DNA of 43,982 nucleotides, from the UHGV virus genome UHGV-0179801; one strand, written 5' to 3'. The DNA comes from a virus. Made by a program: the position numbers and the translations under genes. Each line of letters starts with the position of its first letter. Within the stretch, counting starts at the first letter, position 1. Shown piece after piece: positions 29,212-39,698 of this stretch. The notes under the pieces are model-generated. The model did no database searches and was not told the origin of the DNA. It saw only the letters and a list, made by a program, of their open reading frames with translations.

Positions 29212-30628
29212 GTTTCAAAGGCGCGAGTACCAAAAGCTCATGACCTCGTTCATGTTGCGGCATCATCGATGCAACATATGGGCAAGCATGGGCGCCGGGA
29301 AGACTGGCAGCGTACTGTGGGCTTTAAACCGACTGTTCCGCAACGGCCAACTTAATGACGACGACCGCGTGTTAATCCTTGCCCCGCTGCGCGTTGCATC
29401 AGGTACATGGCCGGCAGAACAAGAGAAATGGCAATTCCCATGTCTGAGCGTCGTAGATGCGACAGGTTCAGAGAAGCGCCGCATCGCGGCGCTGGAGTCT
29501 GACGCTAACGTGGTATGCACGAACCACGAAGTTATCGAGTGGCTGATTGACTACTACGGCAAGGATGACTGGCCCTTCACGGTTATCGTCGCAGACGAGA
29601 GCACGAAGCTGAAATCATTTCGTAGCCGTTCGGGTGGCAGCAAGCGGGCGAAAGCGCTCAGCAAAGTGGCGTTCGGAAAGGTTAAGCGCTTCATCAACCT
29701 GACTGGTACACCGTCGCCGAACGGCCTCAAAGATTTGTGGGGCCAAAACTGGTTTATAGACGCGGGCGAGCGTCTTGGTTCTTCATACACGGCATTCACC
29801 GACCGATGGTTTAACTCGGTACAGAAAGGTAAGTCAGCGATGGACCGTGAGTATCACGCACGCCCAGGCGCAGATAACGAGATTCATCAGAAGATGAAGG
29901 ACATTAGTCTCACGATTGACGCTGCCGAGTGGTTCGGTTGCGAAGCGCCGATTATTGTACCGGTTGAAATCGACCTGCCGAAGAAAGCGCGCCAGGCGTA
30001 CGTCGATATGGAGGAGAAGTTATTTGCGGAACTCGAGAGCGGAGAAGTTGAAGCCGCTAATGCGGCAGCGAAGACATCGAAGTGTCTCCAGATTGCATCA
30101 GGTGCCGTGTATGTATCAGGGCCCGACGGTGAAGCAACGAAAGACTGGGAGAAAGTGCACGACACGAAACTGGATGCGCTGGAGTCCATTGTCGAGGAGT
30201 TGCAGGGTGCGCCGTTGCTGGTGGCCTATCAGTTTAAGCACGAACTGGAGCGTATCCTTAAGCGATTCCCGCAGGCGCAGGCGTTTGCAAAAGGCGCTAA
30301 GGGTAATAAGCAGATGGAAGCGTGGAACCGCGGGGAAATCGAAATCTTATGCGTACACCCTGCGTCAGCCGGGCACGGCCTCAATTTACAGGACGGTGGG
30401 CACCACCTGGCGTTCATATCGCAAGGCTGGAACCTTGAGCACTATTTGCAGGTTGTTGAGCGCATAGGCCCGGTACGCCAGAAACAGGCAGGCCACGAGC
30501 GCCCGGTGTTCCTGTATCACATCGTCGCTAAAGATACGCTGGACGAGGTTGTTGCTGCGCGTACGGACGAGAAGAAATCGGTACAGGAAGAGTTGCTTAA
30601 TTACATGAAGAGACGAGGTAAGAAATGA
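29204..30628 (+). CDS. SNF2-family helicase
   Basis: 474 aa; Walker A GAGKTGS, DESTKLK (DExx), HPASAGHGLNLQ motif VI-like. Confidence 0.85.
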   Translation: MSKFQRREYQKLMTSFMLRHHRCNIWASMGAGKTGSVLWALNRLFRNGQLNDDDRVLILAPLRVASGTWPAEQEKWQFPCLSVVDATGSEKRRIAALESDANVVCTNHEVIEWLIDYYGKDDWPFTVIVADESTKLKSFRSRSGGSKRAKALSKVAFGKVKRFINLTGTPSPNGLKDLWGQNWFIDAGERLGSSYTAFTDRWFNSVQKGKSAMDREYHARPGADNEIHQKMKDISLTIDAAEWFGCEAPIIVPVEIDLPKKARQAYVDMEEKLFAELESGEVEAANAAAKTSKCLQIASGAVYVSGPDGEATKDWEKVHDTKLDALESIVEELQGAPLLVAYQFKHELERILKRFPQAQAFAKGAKGNKQMEAWNRGEIEILCVHPASAGHGLNLQDGGHHLAFISQGWNLEHYLQVVERIGPVRQKQAGHERPVFLYHIVAKDTLDEVVAARTDEKKSVQEELLNYMKRRGKK

Positions 30629-30762
30629 ACATCATAGCCCCGATTCCGGCATTGCAAAAACGTATCAAGGAACTTGAAGAGGAGGTTCTACGACTACGAC
30701 AGCAGAGAGATGCCGCTAATGCGCAACTGGCGTTTGTACTGGAGAAGTTATCCGAAGAGTAG
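30625..30762 (+). CDS. small coiled-coil protein (45 aa)
   Basis: Hand-found, ATGA-coupled; MNIIAPIPALQKRIKELEEEVLRLRQQRDAANAQLAFVLEKLSEE. Confidence 0.45.
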   Translation: MNIIAPIPALQKRIKELEEEVLRLRQQRDAANAQLAFVLEKLSEE

Positions 30763-30766
30763 AGAA

Positions 30767-30792
30767 AAGGCCCCAAACGGGGCCTTAGTTTT
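30767..30792. terminator. bidirectional terminator where the two arms converge
   Basis: AAGGCCCC-AAAC-GGGGCCTT + AGTTTT; A-run on the other side. Confidence 0.75.
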
Positions 30793-30795
30793 ATG

Positions 30796-32985
30796 CTAAT
30801 TATTATCCTCCACCACCTCAAGAACGCCATTGTTAGAGCGAAGTCTTTTATATGCATTATCACCTACATCACGAACAATAACACCACCAGATGCATACAC
30901 AGTATTGAATCTACCATCCACACCACCGAGGTTCTGAACATTATCGGCAACAGGCGTCAATACACCAGCAACACGATTAGCTTTACGGGCATACCAGACA
31001 TTCTTGCCAACATCTTTATCCATCGGGGTATCAAAGTTAAAACTGGTGCTGTTAGTGGAGAGTCCTGATTCAGATGCAGATGAAGTATCAACAATTAACT
31101 TGAGTGTTCCGCCAGTAAGCCCATCAGACGCAACATACAATTCTGCATTCTTAAAGTTACTTAACCCACCTAACCCATTAGCAAACGTAACCTTGCTGGC
31201 ATCCCCATAAACAATCAGTCTGTTCTCTTTAAACCTTTCAGCATATAACCCGAACGCCACCCCGTCCTGATCATGGATGTCGATGGTTGCATGAGTAATA
31301 TTAATAGTGGGTGGGATACCAAATGTAATGGTGTTCCCTCTAAACTCTTTAACTTTGAAGTTCAAACGATACTCATTGGCATAGTCATTTGCATACCTGT
31401 TCTGAAATTCACAGTCAATGAAGCTATAGCATTCAAGACCCATAGGAGCTGGTGAGCCGGTATCAATAACGCTGCCTATAATGGTTGTACCTACAAACTT
31501 AATATTGCGCGCATTACCTGCGTTAAATACAGCACCGTCAGAGTGCATACTATGTAGCACACCACCAACAACCGTAATATCGTTAACAGTACCTGGTACG
31601 GATACAGTCTGTAATGCACCCTTACCTGTGTTAACAATTTTAGGGTTAATGATTCTAATGTTGTAAGGGTTGCCTCCTTCAGCCTCAATATCAATACCTG
31701 CTTCTGGACCAGAGAAGTGCGTACCAATGCCTGTTGCCAGACGACCAGATCTGGTAATGATTGGATTGATAATGTCAATGTTTGCACCGCCGGTTAATGA
31801 ATAGCAATTACGCCCACAATCCTGAAACACGCAGGTGTCCACTACTGTATTAGGGATGATGTCAAGAAAACTTCTTTCACCAGTGGCTTGCATATGAAGA
31901 CCATCAACAGCGGAGTTTTTAAAGGTGTGTCGCGCTATCTGAAATCCTTCTGACTGATTCACCCACATGTTATATGCTGGCACTTGATACCCTGTATTGC
32001 CGTACTTCCCACCCCACTGAAGGTTAACAAGGTTTCCATCTGTAGCACCGTTTTTTATTTCCACATTAGGCGCAAGATAAATTTTTATCAGATAACCAGT
32101 TGATGCGAGGTAATTTGCATCAGGAGTCTCAGAAACAACATCGGATGCAGGATTTCCGGTTACAGGGTCGTAAGCGCCTACCCTAAGCCCACTATTTAAT
32201 TTCAAGGTCCATCCCGACATATCCAAAATTATTTTTTGATTTGTTTGCGCGACGGAAAACCACCCCATAGCAGAAGGATCTGACCATGAACGAGATTGAT
32301 AAGATGGCCGGTATGAATACCCCAATCCATATGCACCAGCTAATTGCTGAGAGCCTACGAGACTGACACCTGAAGGAAATACTACGTATAGAGGCTCTGT
32401 GGATGAGGATAAATATTGACCTAGCGCCCAAAGAGCGTCTGCATTGTCGGAAGAATCAGTTTTTACACCAAAATCCTCTGCATAGATGACTCGGATATTT
32501 ATTTTATCCAATGCGGCAGTGACTGTTTCTGCAATTAACGATTTGGGGTTTTTGTACCCTATCAACGACCCGCCGTCAGGGGCCTCCGTAGACGATAATT
32601 GTGATCGTAAATCAGGGTCTGTCTGCGGTTTCCAGTCCGCATTACCAACAGGGTTAAAACCAGCCGGAACCGTAACTGGAAGCGTACCTGCATACGAATA
32701 CCACGTTTTACTTACAGGGTCGTAGACAACTTTGCCTCGGTCGTTAGCCGTGAGAGTGCCTCCGGCGGAAAAGTCCCACGACACAGGCGAAAAGCCAGCG
32801 TCGCGCAACACGGCAGGGAGTGTCTTCTGTGTCTGCCCCGTAACGGCGTTTGTCGCGTAGTCGATATCTGCGCCACCAGCAACACCCCCGGATTTACCTG
32901 TAATAACCTCGGCTTCGAAAATCTGGTGTTTCTTGGCGGTCTGTAAATCCGCCAGGCTTAAAACGTCACCACATCCGCTTGACAT
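30796..32985 (-). CDS. tailspike / receptor-binding depolymerase (beta-helix type)
   Basis: 729 aa, last gene of tail module; conserved-looking N-terminal ~130 aa, then Gly/Asn/Val/Ile-rich repeats typical of right-handed beta-helix; lower GC. Confidence 0.7.
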   Translation of the reverse strand: MSSGCGDVLSLADLQTAKKHQIFEAEVITGKSGGVAGGADIDYATNAVTGQTQKTLPAVLRDAGFSPVSWDFSAGGTLTANDRGKVVYDPVSKTWYSYAGTLPVTVPAGFNPVGNADWKPQTDPDLRSQLSSTEAPDGGSLIGYKNPKSLIAETVTAALDKINIRVIYAEDFGVKTDSSDNADALWALGQYLSSSTEPLYVVFPSGVSLVGSQQLAGAYGLGYSYRPSYQSRSWSDPSAMGWFSVAQTNQKIILDMSGWTLKLNSGLRVGAYDPVTGNPASDVVSETPDANYLASTGYLIKIYLAPNVEIKNGATDGNLVNLQWGGKYGNTGYQVPAYNMWVNQSEGFQIARHTFKNSAVDGLHMQATGERSFLDIIPNTVVDTCVFQDCGRNCYSLTGGANIDIINPIITRSGRLATGIGTHFSGPEAGIDIEAEGGNPYNIRIINPKIVNTGKGALQTVSVPGTVNDITVVGGVLHSMHSDGAVFNAGNARNIKFVGTTIIGSVIDTGSPAPMGLECYSFIDCEFQNRYANDYANEYRLNFKVKEFRGNTITFGIPPTINITHATIDIHDQDGVAFGLYAERFKENRLIVYGDASKVTFANGLGGLSNFKNAELYVASDGLTGGTLKLIVDTSSASESGLSTNSTSFNFDTPMDKDVGKNVWYARKANRVAGVLTPVADNVQNLGGVDGRFNTVYASGGVIVRDVGDNAYKRLRSNNGVLEVVEDNN

Positions 32986-32997
32986 ATAGAGTCCTCT

Positions 32998-35553
32998 TTA
33001 ATAAAAACCGTTGCTGAATCCGTCGGAGAAACCGCGACCTAAAGGCGCGACGCCGTCGTATTTGTAGAATCCGTCGTCATAGTTGTAACCAGTAATCTTG
33101 ACCGTGCGGTCGTCGCCCGGGTCGATTGAAGAAACAACTATCTTCTGAGCATTATGCCTTGCTTCGTTGCCGAATGAAAACTCAGTTTTTAGTGCGCTAT
33201 TCCCCGTGTAGATTGCTTCCTCCGGCGCGGAGAGCATAATCACCTCGCGGTCATGGCTTCCTTTGATAACAGAGATACTCTGCACCGAGCCGTCGCGCTT
33301 CTTGAGGATGATGGAGTGGTCGTCTCCAGGGGTAAACGTAACAGGCTGAGACAACGTCAGGGTAAGCCCATTAACAGCAACGACATAGCCGTCCTGGGGC
33401 GCAATACGCGAACCTTTAACCACGCTGATTACACCACCTGGGGTAGCAAGAGCGCCTTCTTCCGTAGCTTCGAATTCTACGACAACTTTACTTAACGCGT
33501 TGCGCTGATAGCGACGCCACGCCAGCCAATATGCCTGTTGGTAGTTACGCACGCCCTTTGATTCGTATTCCTCCGTATTTGCGCCCAGTTCTTCCGGGAT
33601 ATAAATCGTTTCCTGTACGTTAGTATCCGGGTCGATGTATGAGAATGACAAGCTATCGTAGGTTGTCGAATCGTTGAACGTGCGCGTCCATTTCTCGGTA
33701 CCGGTAGTTTTGCTGCGGTGGGTGAACACCATTTCAGGCCCCGCGACAGGACGGTCGAATCGCAGCATAATATCTGCGCCTTTACGGTACGCAGTACAGA
33801 ACACGGCTTCCGCTATGGTCTGGACTATGTCCTGCATCGTGGTATCGTAGTCGTCGAACGTATAGCAGAATTGTCCGGCTAATTCGCTGCCAAAATAGGA
33901 CTCAATTTCTTCCTGCACAGCGAGTAACTTATCCATATTTGCCGTTGTCAGTTCCAGATTACCCACCGCCGGGTCTCGAGCCAGTCTGATTAGTGACTGC
34001 ACCGCCTGTGTATTAGGCGTCATTACCGTATCAAATACCCCATTGCCTAAGTATTTGTAGCACATCTCGGTCGCAATCATGCGCAGTTCCGGGTTGTCGA
34101 TACTGGCGGCACGCGGTGTCTGTTTACGGGCACAATGTACGGTAGTTCGGTTTCCGTAATGCGGGGTAGTGTCCAGTGACTGACCGTACAGGTTGATGAA
34201 CGTTATTTCGTCGCTTACCGTTCCGTCGTAGTCCTTGTCGAAATTAGTTATACGGCGCATACGGGCGCGGAAACGAGATGCGGTCGGAAACTGCCCGTAG
34301 ATAGACGTACCGACGTAATCCGTATTATTGCCTGTAATTGTGGCCTGTACCGTGTAAATGTCGCTCAAAGGGTTGCGTTGAGAGTCAATCATCTGGTACT
34401 GGAGTTCTACGGTTACGCTGGTGCGGTTATAGCCGCCGTCGTATTTGTAGAGGCCATTCTGCCCCGCGACGTTAGCAAGCACACGGTCAACCTCTCCGCG
34501 CACCATGTAGTACCAGTCTGTCAGGGATACATCATAGGTGTTGCTCGGGCCGATAAACGTATCTGAACGCTCTGTTAGGGTGTACGTCTGTCCGCTGGTC
34601 AACGCCGCCCAGTTAGACGCACCGTTTACAGCTAATCTTACTTCGAAGTCGTCAACGTATAAAACCTCAAACGAGCCGTTCAGGTTAGTGACGTCCTTAA
34701 CGTCAAAGTTGCTCAGCACCGCGATATCGCCAACGCTAAGAAACTCAGAAAAAGCAGAGTCGCCCGACGGGTCATAGATGTAGCCGGTGGTTGAAATACG
34801 TTTGGCGGTGCCACCGGCGCTTGGGTTAGCCCCAATGTCGTTGGGTGCTTTCAGTACAATACCGTCAACGTCGTCGTTGGAGTATGTTACATAAAGTTTC
34901 TGGTCAATTACGTCGCCGATTTGTAGTTGCGGTGAAGTGGTGTTGTTAGGTGATGTATACGGCGCATACACGGCAACAGAGGAGCCTGTGATGTCGCTTA
35001 TCAGGGTGTCACCCTCGGTTACACCATCCGCCTCAATATGCAGATGCCCGCGCCCTGCGTCGTAGTACGAATACTCCAGCAAAGCACCAGTGGAGTTGAA
35101 CGCCTTATACGTCTGCATAAGGTCGTTGGGGATTGTCTGCACAGTCCCGCAGATGTCATAAGAGCGCTCGTAAGGACGCGGCTTGTTGGAGCGGTCTGTT
35201 AGGCTGTTATTCGGTGACGTTGTCTGGTTGTTAGTCGCCGTGTAGTTGGCGTTGGCGGCCGTGTTCAGGCCAAACAACTTGGCGATTGGCTTAAGGATAA
35301 AACCAAACACCTTACTAACCGCACCGAGCGCCCCGCTACCCGCGCCCTCAATAATGTGGTACACGGCATCTTCGTCTTTAAGCGCATCGAAGTCGTCCGT
35401 TACGTCTGTATCATCGCCAATCTCGCCGAGGTAGACGCGCACCGGCACGCCGTCCGGGATACGGTTAACGACAAACTCCATCGGCATCCCGACGTGTTTT
35501 GTACGGTCGAAAACGCCATCAGCGTTCCGCGTGTAGTGCAGGATTATCGCCAA
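32998..35553 (-). CDS. central tail fibre / host-specificity protein (J-like)
   Basis: 851 aa; TTG 35553 with GGAG SD; follows K-like NlpC/P60 gene as in lambda-type tip modules. Confidence 0.6.
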   Translation of the reverse strand: MAIILHYTRNADGVFDRTKHVGMPMEFVVNRIPDGVPVRVYLGEIGDDTDVTDDFDALKDEDAVYHIIEGAGSGALGAVSKVFGFILKPIAKLFGLNTAANANYTATNNQTTSPNNSLTDRSNKPRPYERSYDICGTVQTIPNDLMQTYKAFNSTGALLEYSYYDAGRGHLHIEADGVTEGDTLISDITGSSVAVYAPYTSPNNTTSPQLQIGDVIDQKLYVTYSNDDVDGIVLKAPNDIGANPSAGGTAKRISTTGYIYDPSGDSAFSEFLSVGDIAVLSNFDVKDVTNLNGSFEVLYVDDFEVRLAVNGASNWAALTSGQTYTLTERSDTFIGPSNTYDVSLTDWYYMVRGEVDRVLANVAGQNGLYKYDGGYNRTSVTVELQYQMIDSQRNPLSDIYTVQATITGNNTDYVGTSIYGQFPTASRFRARMRRITNFDKDYDGTVSDEITFINLYGQSLDTTPHYGNRTTVHCARKQTPRAASIDNPELRMIATEMCYKYLGNGVFDTVMTPNTQAVQSLIRLARDPAVGNLELTTANMDKLLAVQEEIESYFGSELAGQFCYTFDDYDTTMQDIVQTIAEAVFCTAYRKGADIMLRFDRPVAGPEMVFTHRSKTTGTEKWTRTFNDSTTYDSLSFSYIDPDTNVQETIYIPEELGANTEEYESKGVRNYQQAYWLAWRRYQRNALSKVVVEFEATEEGALATPGGVISVVKGSRIAPQDGYVVAVNGLTLTLSQPVTFTPGDDHSIILKKRDGSVQSISVIKGSHDREVIMLSAPEEAIYTGNSALKTEFSFGNEARHNAQKIVVSSIDPGDDRTVKITGYNYDDGFYKYDGVAPLGRGFSDGFSNGFY

Positions 35554-35909
35554 AATTCAATCTCCGTGTACGTGTCTCTGAGGTCTGCCAGCCTGTCAAG
35601 CCGTACCTGACGTGACGCAAGTTCACAATGACTCACCATCCCGTCGAAGTAAACTCCTGCGTGCCACACGATACGGCCCCCGCGGCGATACCCCATAAGC
35701 ACCGCACAAAAGTTTTCAGGCTTATCAATTTTTGTAAGCCCCTTCGTGTCACGGTGGCCTTCGTCAAACGCTTCGTTAATTGCCGTTGGGCTTGTAACGT
35801 CGAACGCCGGGGTTTCTAACCCGGCATCCGCGCGGACAATGCGCACATGGTGCCAGCAATTACGTTTGCGAAAGTCGTAAGGTATTCCCGTGTAGTCGTT
35901 AATATTCAT
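35544..35909 (-). CDS. tail tip assembly protein, NlpC/P60 (lambda K-like)
   Basis: 121 aa; Cys in RKRNCWHH and His in VWHAGVY. Confidence 0.6.
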   Translation of the reverse strand: MNINDYTGIPYDFRKRNCWHHVRIVRADAGLETPAFDVTSPTAINEAFDEGHRDTKGLTKIDKPENFCAVLMGYRRGGRIVWHAGVYFDGMVSHCELASRQVRLDRLADLRDTYTEIEFWR

Positions 35910-36421
35910 GTGGTCAACAGGCCGCGCAATAACGGTATCTCTTTAGGTGTCATCAGTATACCAGTGCTCCGTTGGTTCAGCATAGGTGTACCGACATCCG
36001 CAGAGAACTCGCCTTTCTCCTGGTTGATAGCCTGTAACTCGTACACGACCGGGCCGTCAGCCGGATAAGACAGGTCGGTGCTGACATACCGGCGGAATAC
36101 GAACTTCGGCAACTCAGTGTTACTCATCGGGATTTTATCCATCTCATCATCAAGTTGATTGAGAATATCCGGTAAAGTAAATGTTGTCGTCTGGTCCATA
36201 TCACTGTTGTTAGCAGCCCCTGACGCCTCCATCGGGGTTGGCTCGAATGTTATTGTTTCGCCCGTCTCCAGTGTTGCCGTAAGTTCCTGTAGCCCGCGCA
36301 CAAGATAGTACGTCTTCGACAGCAACGGGTGGCTGATTTGCAACGTGATGTAGTCCATCTCGCCGTCGGGGTTTGAGGCCAGCTTACGGCGATAGGCGGC
36401 TTCTACTGATTCCTGGCTCAT
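35906..36421 (-). CDS. minor tail protein (L position)
   Basis: ORF 35906..36436 trimmed to ATG 36421 (ATGA coupling); call by position. Confidence 0.5.
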   Translation of the reverse strand: MSQESVEAAYRRKLASNPDGEMDYITLQISHPLLSKTYYLVRGLQELTATLETGETITFEPTPMEASGAANNSDMDQTTTFTLPDILNQLDDEMDKIPMSNTELPKFVFRRYVSTDLSYPADGPVVYELQAINQEKGEFSADVGTPMLNQRSTGILMTPKEIPLLRGLLTT

Positions 36422-36918
36422 TGCATCGGGTCCCAAATTCGAGGAAACGTTGATTGCGCAGTTCCGTAGGCTTTAAGGAGGCACCCCAGCACATCACCAT
36501 AGCAACCATACAAATCTGGCAGATTGTTAACAAGGCACTGATTATCTTCGTCCTGAAACGGCGATTTCTCGGCGGTTGCCGTGAAAGTAATCGTCCAGTT
36601 AATACCGTCTTCGGTGGCCTCGGCGATGGTGGATGTGATCGTTACCTGATAGTCCTCAATACCCATGCCGAAGTCGTGCGCCATCCAGAAACTTGACGCA
36701 CCGCCATCGACTTTCTCAAGGAACGACAGGAACGCCTGCCGCCCTAGTGCAGATGTAATCAGGGTTACGCTTATCGGAAACACGTCGTAATATGTGTCAC
36801 GGCCCTGACGCACCCCGCCACCGGCTAAATCGACACTCCAGACGTTGTTACGTCTGGTCATTGAGTAGCCTTTTGACACCACCGGCTTAAGGCTACGTGG
36901 AAAGTATAAGTCAGTCAT
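36418..36918 (-). CDS. minor/distal tail protein (M position)
   Basis: 166 aa, TAATG overlap with tape-measure stop; call by position. Confidence 0.5.
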   Translation of the reverse strand: MTDLYFPRSLKPVVSKGYSMTRRNNVWSVDLAGGGVRQGRDTYYDVFPISVTLITSALGRQAFLSFLEKVDGGASSFWMAHDFGMGIEDYQVTITSTIAEATEDGINWTITFTATAEKSPFQDEDNQCLVNNLPDLYGCYGDVLGCLLKAYGTAQSTFPRIWDPMQ

Positions 36919-39341
36919 TATTTAAACCCCGGCGCGTTTCTTGTGGCCTTGCGGGCCTTGCTAATCTTACTGTTGCTGTTCTGCAAAGACGCAGCCACTT
37001 GCTCTTCGATGATGATACGCAGACGTCCTTCGTCATCTTGTTCAGTAGACACATTGCCAATCTGACTCGATGTGTTATTTACGATGGTAACATTAGATGG
37101 GCCACTATTTCCGCTATTATTGCCGTTTAACTGCTGCCGTGTTTGGCTTGCGTTTACCGCGCGCCCCGCCCCCGCCATCTTGATAATCTCTGGGCCGCGC
37201 TCACCGACAAGATAGCTGCCGCCAGCGTTCATTTGCCCGCCCTGTTCGCGGAATCCGGTTAAGGCTAACGCTTGGGTACTCGCAACCGTTGATGTGATGC
37301 CCGCCATCGCCGGTGCGCTGTTTGTCCCTAGGGTAGCCAGGGACGCCATAGCTGCAGCGGGGGCATACGCTGCAGCAATCGCCGCTCCGGTAGCCGATGC
37401 TGTCGCGATGGACGCCGCGGATGCCGTTTGGCCTGTAATCATGTTTTTCAGGTACTCCACCCCCATCTGTGTTAGCCCTGAAACGACCGATGACAGGATT
37501 GCGTTGCCGAGGTTTGCCATTGCTTCGCTAGCGGTCTGAGTACCATTAATAAGTCCGACTATGGAGCTGGACGCGGAAGCACCCACAGCGTCCAGGGAGT
37601 CCATAAGCATATTGTTCCACTCGGATTGGTTGCGGAAACGCTCCTCGGCAGCGGCAGCCAGCCCATCGTTATATTGCTTGTCCAGTTCCGCCCGTGCCTG
37701 CAACGCGACTTCATGCACGGAGTTTTCTTGTGCCTCGTACTCCTCTATAACCGCAAGCCTTTTCTGCCGCTCGAGCTGTAAGTTAGCGATAGGGTCTATT
37801 GACGCCAGAACCGCCACACCTTGTTGCAGTTTTTTCTGTTCCTCGGCTAACTCTTTATCAATAGCGTCTTGTCGTTTTTGCCCGTATTGAAGAACTATTG
37901 CTGTTTTCGCCTTTTCGTATTCTTCAGCAGTTAGCGCCCCTTCTTTTCGGTATTTAGCGGCCTCCTTAAGTTTCTGCTGTTCCTGCGCGTTAATAGCCTT
38001 TAACTCATCGTTGTTCTGACGAGCCAAAGTGTCGAGATAATCTTGCGCCTGTTTACGCAATTGCTCCGCTTTCTTAGCGGCGGCTTTCGCGTCTTTGTCG
38101 TTGGTGTTTCCTGTCCCACCAGTCCCGCCCTTTTTATTAACAAGGCTGGCCAAGTCAATTTCTTGCTTCCTGCGCTCGTCGTACTGCTTGCGCTGCTCCT
38201 CAATTTCTTTCTTGCGCTGCTTAGACCTGTTGGTAATGGCCTGTGATTCGGCCTCTGCACGTTTTATGCTAGCGTCATACGCGGCGTCAGCCTCTGCGGT
38301 CAGGTTTTTAAATGTGAGCGCTGCCGTTTTGCTCGGGTCAAACACGTCGGCAAGGGTCTGGCCAAGCGCTACGGCGTAATCGTCAATGCGCTGGAACCAC
38401 GCAATAACCTCGTGGAATGTCTGCTGAATGTCAGGCAACCATTCACGGATAGCATCTGGAATAGTCCCCAGCGAGTCTGACATATCCGCGGATTTGTCCT
38501 CGGTATCGAATGCCAGGTCATTCAGGGCATCAGAAATAAACTTGAACGACTCATTGAACAGCGTCACCCAATCCTGGAGCGTGGCTGCTATCTCATTAGA
38601 CACTATAGCGTCGGTGAGCGCCGTTACTGCGTCTTCTGCCAACGCAGCTTGTTCGCCTACGGCGTCGCCAAAACCAGACTGCGCTACCGCAAGAACAAGG
38701 CCGTCGAAGGAGTCGGCGAGGCTCGACAACTGACCATCTAATGTCTTCGAGCGCGTCTCCATCGCCCCGGCGAAATCGGTGTTGCCGATGTTTAACAGAT
38801 ATTTCTGAATCTCTTCGGAGTTCTTTTTAACCGTGGTGGTAACGCCGCGGAACGTGAACGACACTGTATCCGCCTGTTGCGACGACTTGATGCCAAACTC
38901 TTTTAGTCGCTCAAACTCAAAGGTACTGGCGTCGGCAACTGCCTCAATCATCTGATTAAGGTCTTTACCCATAGCCGCCGCGGTGTTGCCGTAGGAGATT
39001 AATGCCTCTTTGCTGGGGTTCAGGCCCAGAGCCACCAGCTTAGTAAAGCCTTCCACCGCCTGATTAAGCCCGTATGGTGTTTCTTTTGCGAACTGTTGCA
39101 GGACGCTGAAAGCCTTAGCGGCATTCTCAGCGCTCCCGGTCATCGTGATGAGGCCAGAGTTCAGCTTATCGAAGTTTCGCTGGGATGCCACCAGCGCACT
39201 GAACACCTGCTTGGCGGTTTCCAGGCTGACAACGGCAGCGGCGGCCGCCCCCGCCGCCTTAGTAAGCCCGTTCAGTTGGGATGTGGTTTTATCGACGCCG
39301 GTCGATGATACTCGTACTATCAAGCTAGCGGTATCAGCCAT
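36918..39341 (-). CDS. tail tape measure protein
   Basis: ORF 36918..39356 (TTG) trimmed to ATG 39341; 807 aa, long Ala/Gln/Lys/Glu coiled-coil centre, follows G/GT chaperones. Confidence 0.85.
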   Translation of the reverse strand: MADTASLIVRVSSTGVDKTTSQLNGLTKAAGAAAAAVVSLETAKQVFSALVASQRNFDKLNSGLITMTGSAENAAKAFSVLQQFAKETPYGLNQAVEGFTKLVALGLNPSKEALISYGNTAAAMGKDLNQMIEAVADASTFEFERLKEFGIKSSQQADTVSFTFRGVTTTVKKNSEEIQKYLLNIGNTDFAGAMETRSKTLDGQLSSLADSFDGLVLAVAQSGFGDAVGEQAALAEDAVTALTDAIVSNEIAATLQDWVTLFNESFKFISDALNDLAFDTEDKSADMSDSLGTIPDAIREWLPDIQQTFHEVIAWFQRIDDYAVALGQTLADVFDPSKTAALTFKNLTAEADAAYDASIKRAEAESQAITNRSKQRKKEIEEQRKQYDERRKQEIDLASLVNKKGGTGGTGNTNDKDAKAAAKKAEQLRKQAQDYLDTLARQNNDELKAINAQEQQKLKEAAKYRKEGALTAEEYEKAKTAIVLQYGQKRQDAIDKELAEEQKKLQQGVAVLASIDPIANLQLERQKRLAVIEEYEAQENSVHEVALQARAELDKQYNDGLAAAAEERFRNQSEWNNMLMDSLDAVGASASSSIVGLINGTQTASEAMANLGNAILSSVVSGLTQMGVEYLKNMITGQTASAASIATASATGAAIAAAYAPAAAMASLATLGTNSAPAMAGITSTVASTQALALTGFREQGGQMNAGGSYLVGERGPEIIKMAGAGRAVNASQTRQQLNGNNSGNSGPSNVTIVNNTSSQIGNVSTEQDDEGRLRIIIEEQVAASLQNSNSKISKARKATRNAPGFK

Positions 39342-39666
39342 GATTTCTACCTTCAAAGATTGCTTCTAAGCCCATGATAATGTCTATCTCGAACAGGCTA
39401 AGCTGTTTTTGCGTAACATCGAGATAGGCTTTCAGGTCTTGCCACGTAACGGATTCTCTTGCAAACAATACTACAGCGTCCTCGCGCACGTGTCGCGTAA
39501 ACTTAATGTCACAGTACGTCTCAAAGGTGGATATAAAAAGGGGCGGGCATTCTAGCCCACCCCGTCGCGCTGCACGTTTTTTCTTATCGATTACACCCAT
39601 CGCGATAAGCGCCTGTTCGTGTCCGTCAGCTATAGAATCAAACTCTCTGATTTTATGCTTGTCCAC
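39334..39666 (-). CDS. T-part of tail assembly chaperone (probably made as G-T fusion by -1 frameshift)
   Basis: -1 frame relative to 39699..40115 is open from the G stop through 39334; candidate slip at G GAA AAG|TAG (39702..39708). Confidence 0.5.
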   Translation of the reverse strand: MDKHKIREFDSIADGHEQALIAMGVIDKKKRAARRGGLECPPLFISTFETYCDIKFTRHVREDAVVLFARESVTWQDLKAYLDVTQKQLSLFEIDIIMGLEAIFEGRNHG

Positions 39667-39698
39667 AAACTCATAGGTGGCGAACCTGTACAGCGCGT

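Noticed and set aside
29916-30467. 183-aa same-strand off-frame ORF inside the SNF2 helicase gene. A similar 154-aa one lies in the polymerase gene (25992..26456).
   Set aside because: Both translations are Arg/Ser/Thr/Cys/Trp-rich, as expected for an off-frame reading of GA-rich coding sequence. I recognise no motifs and there is no SD. They serve as a control showing that long off-frame ORFs occur here by chance. For that reason the MTase frame-B claim rests on motifs, not on length alone.
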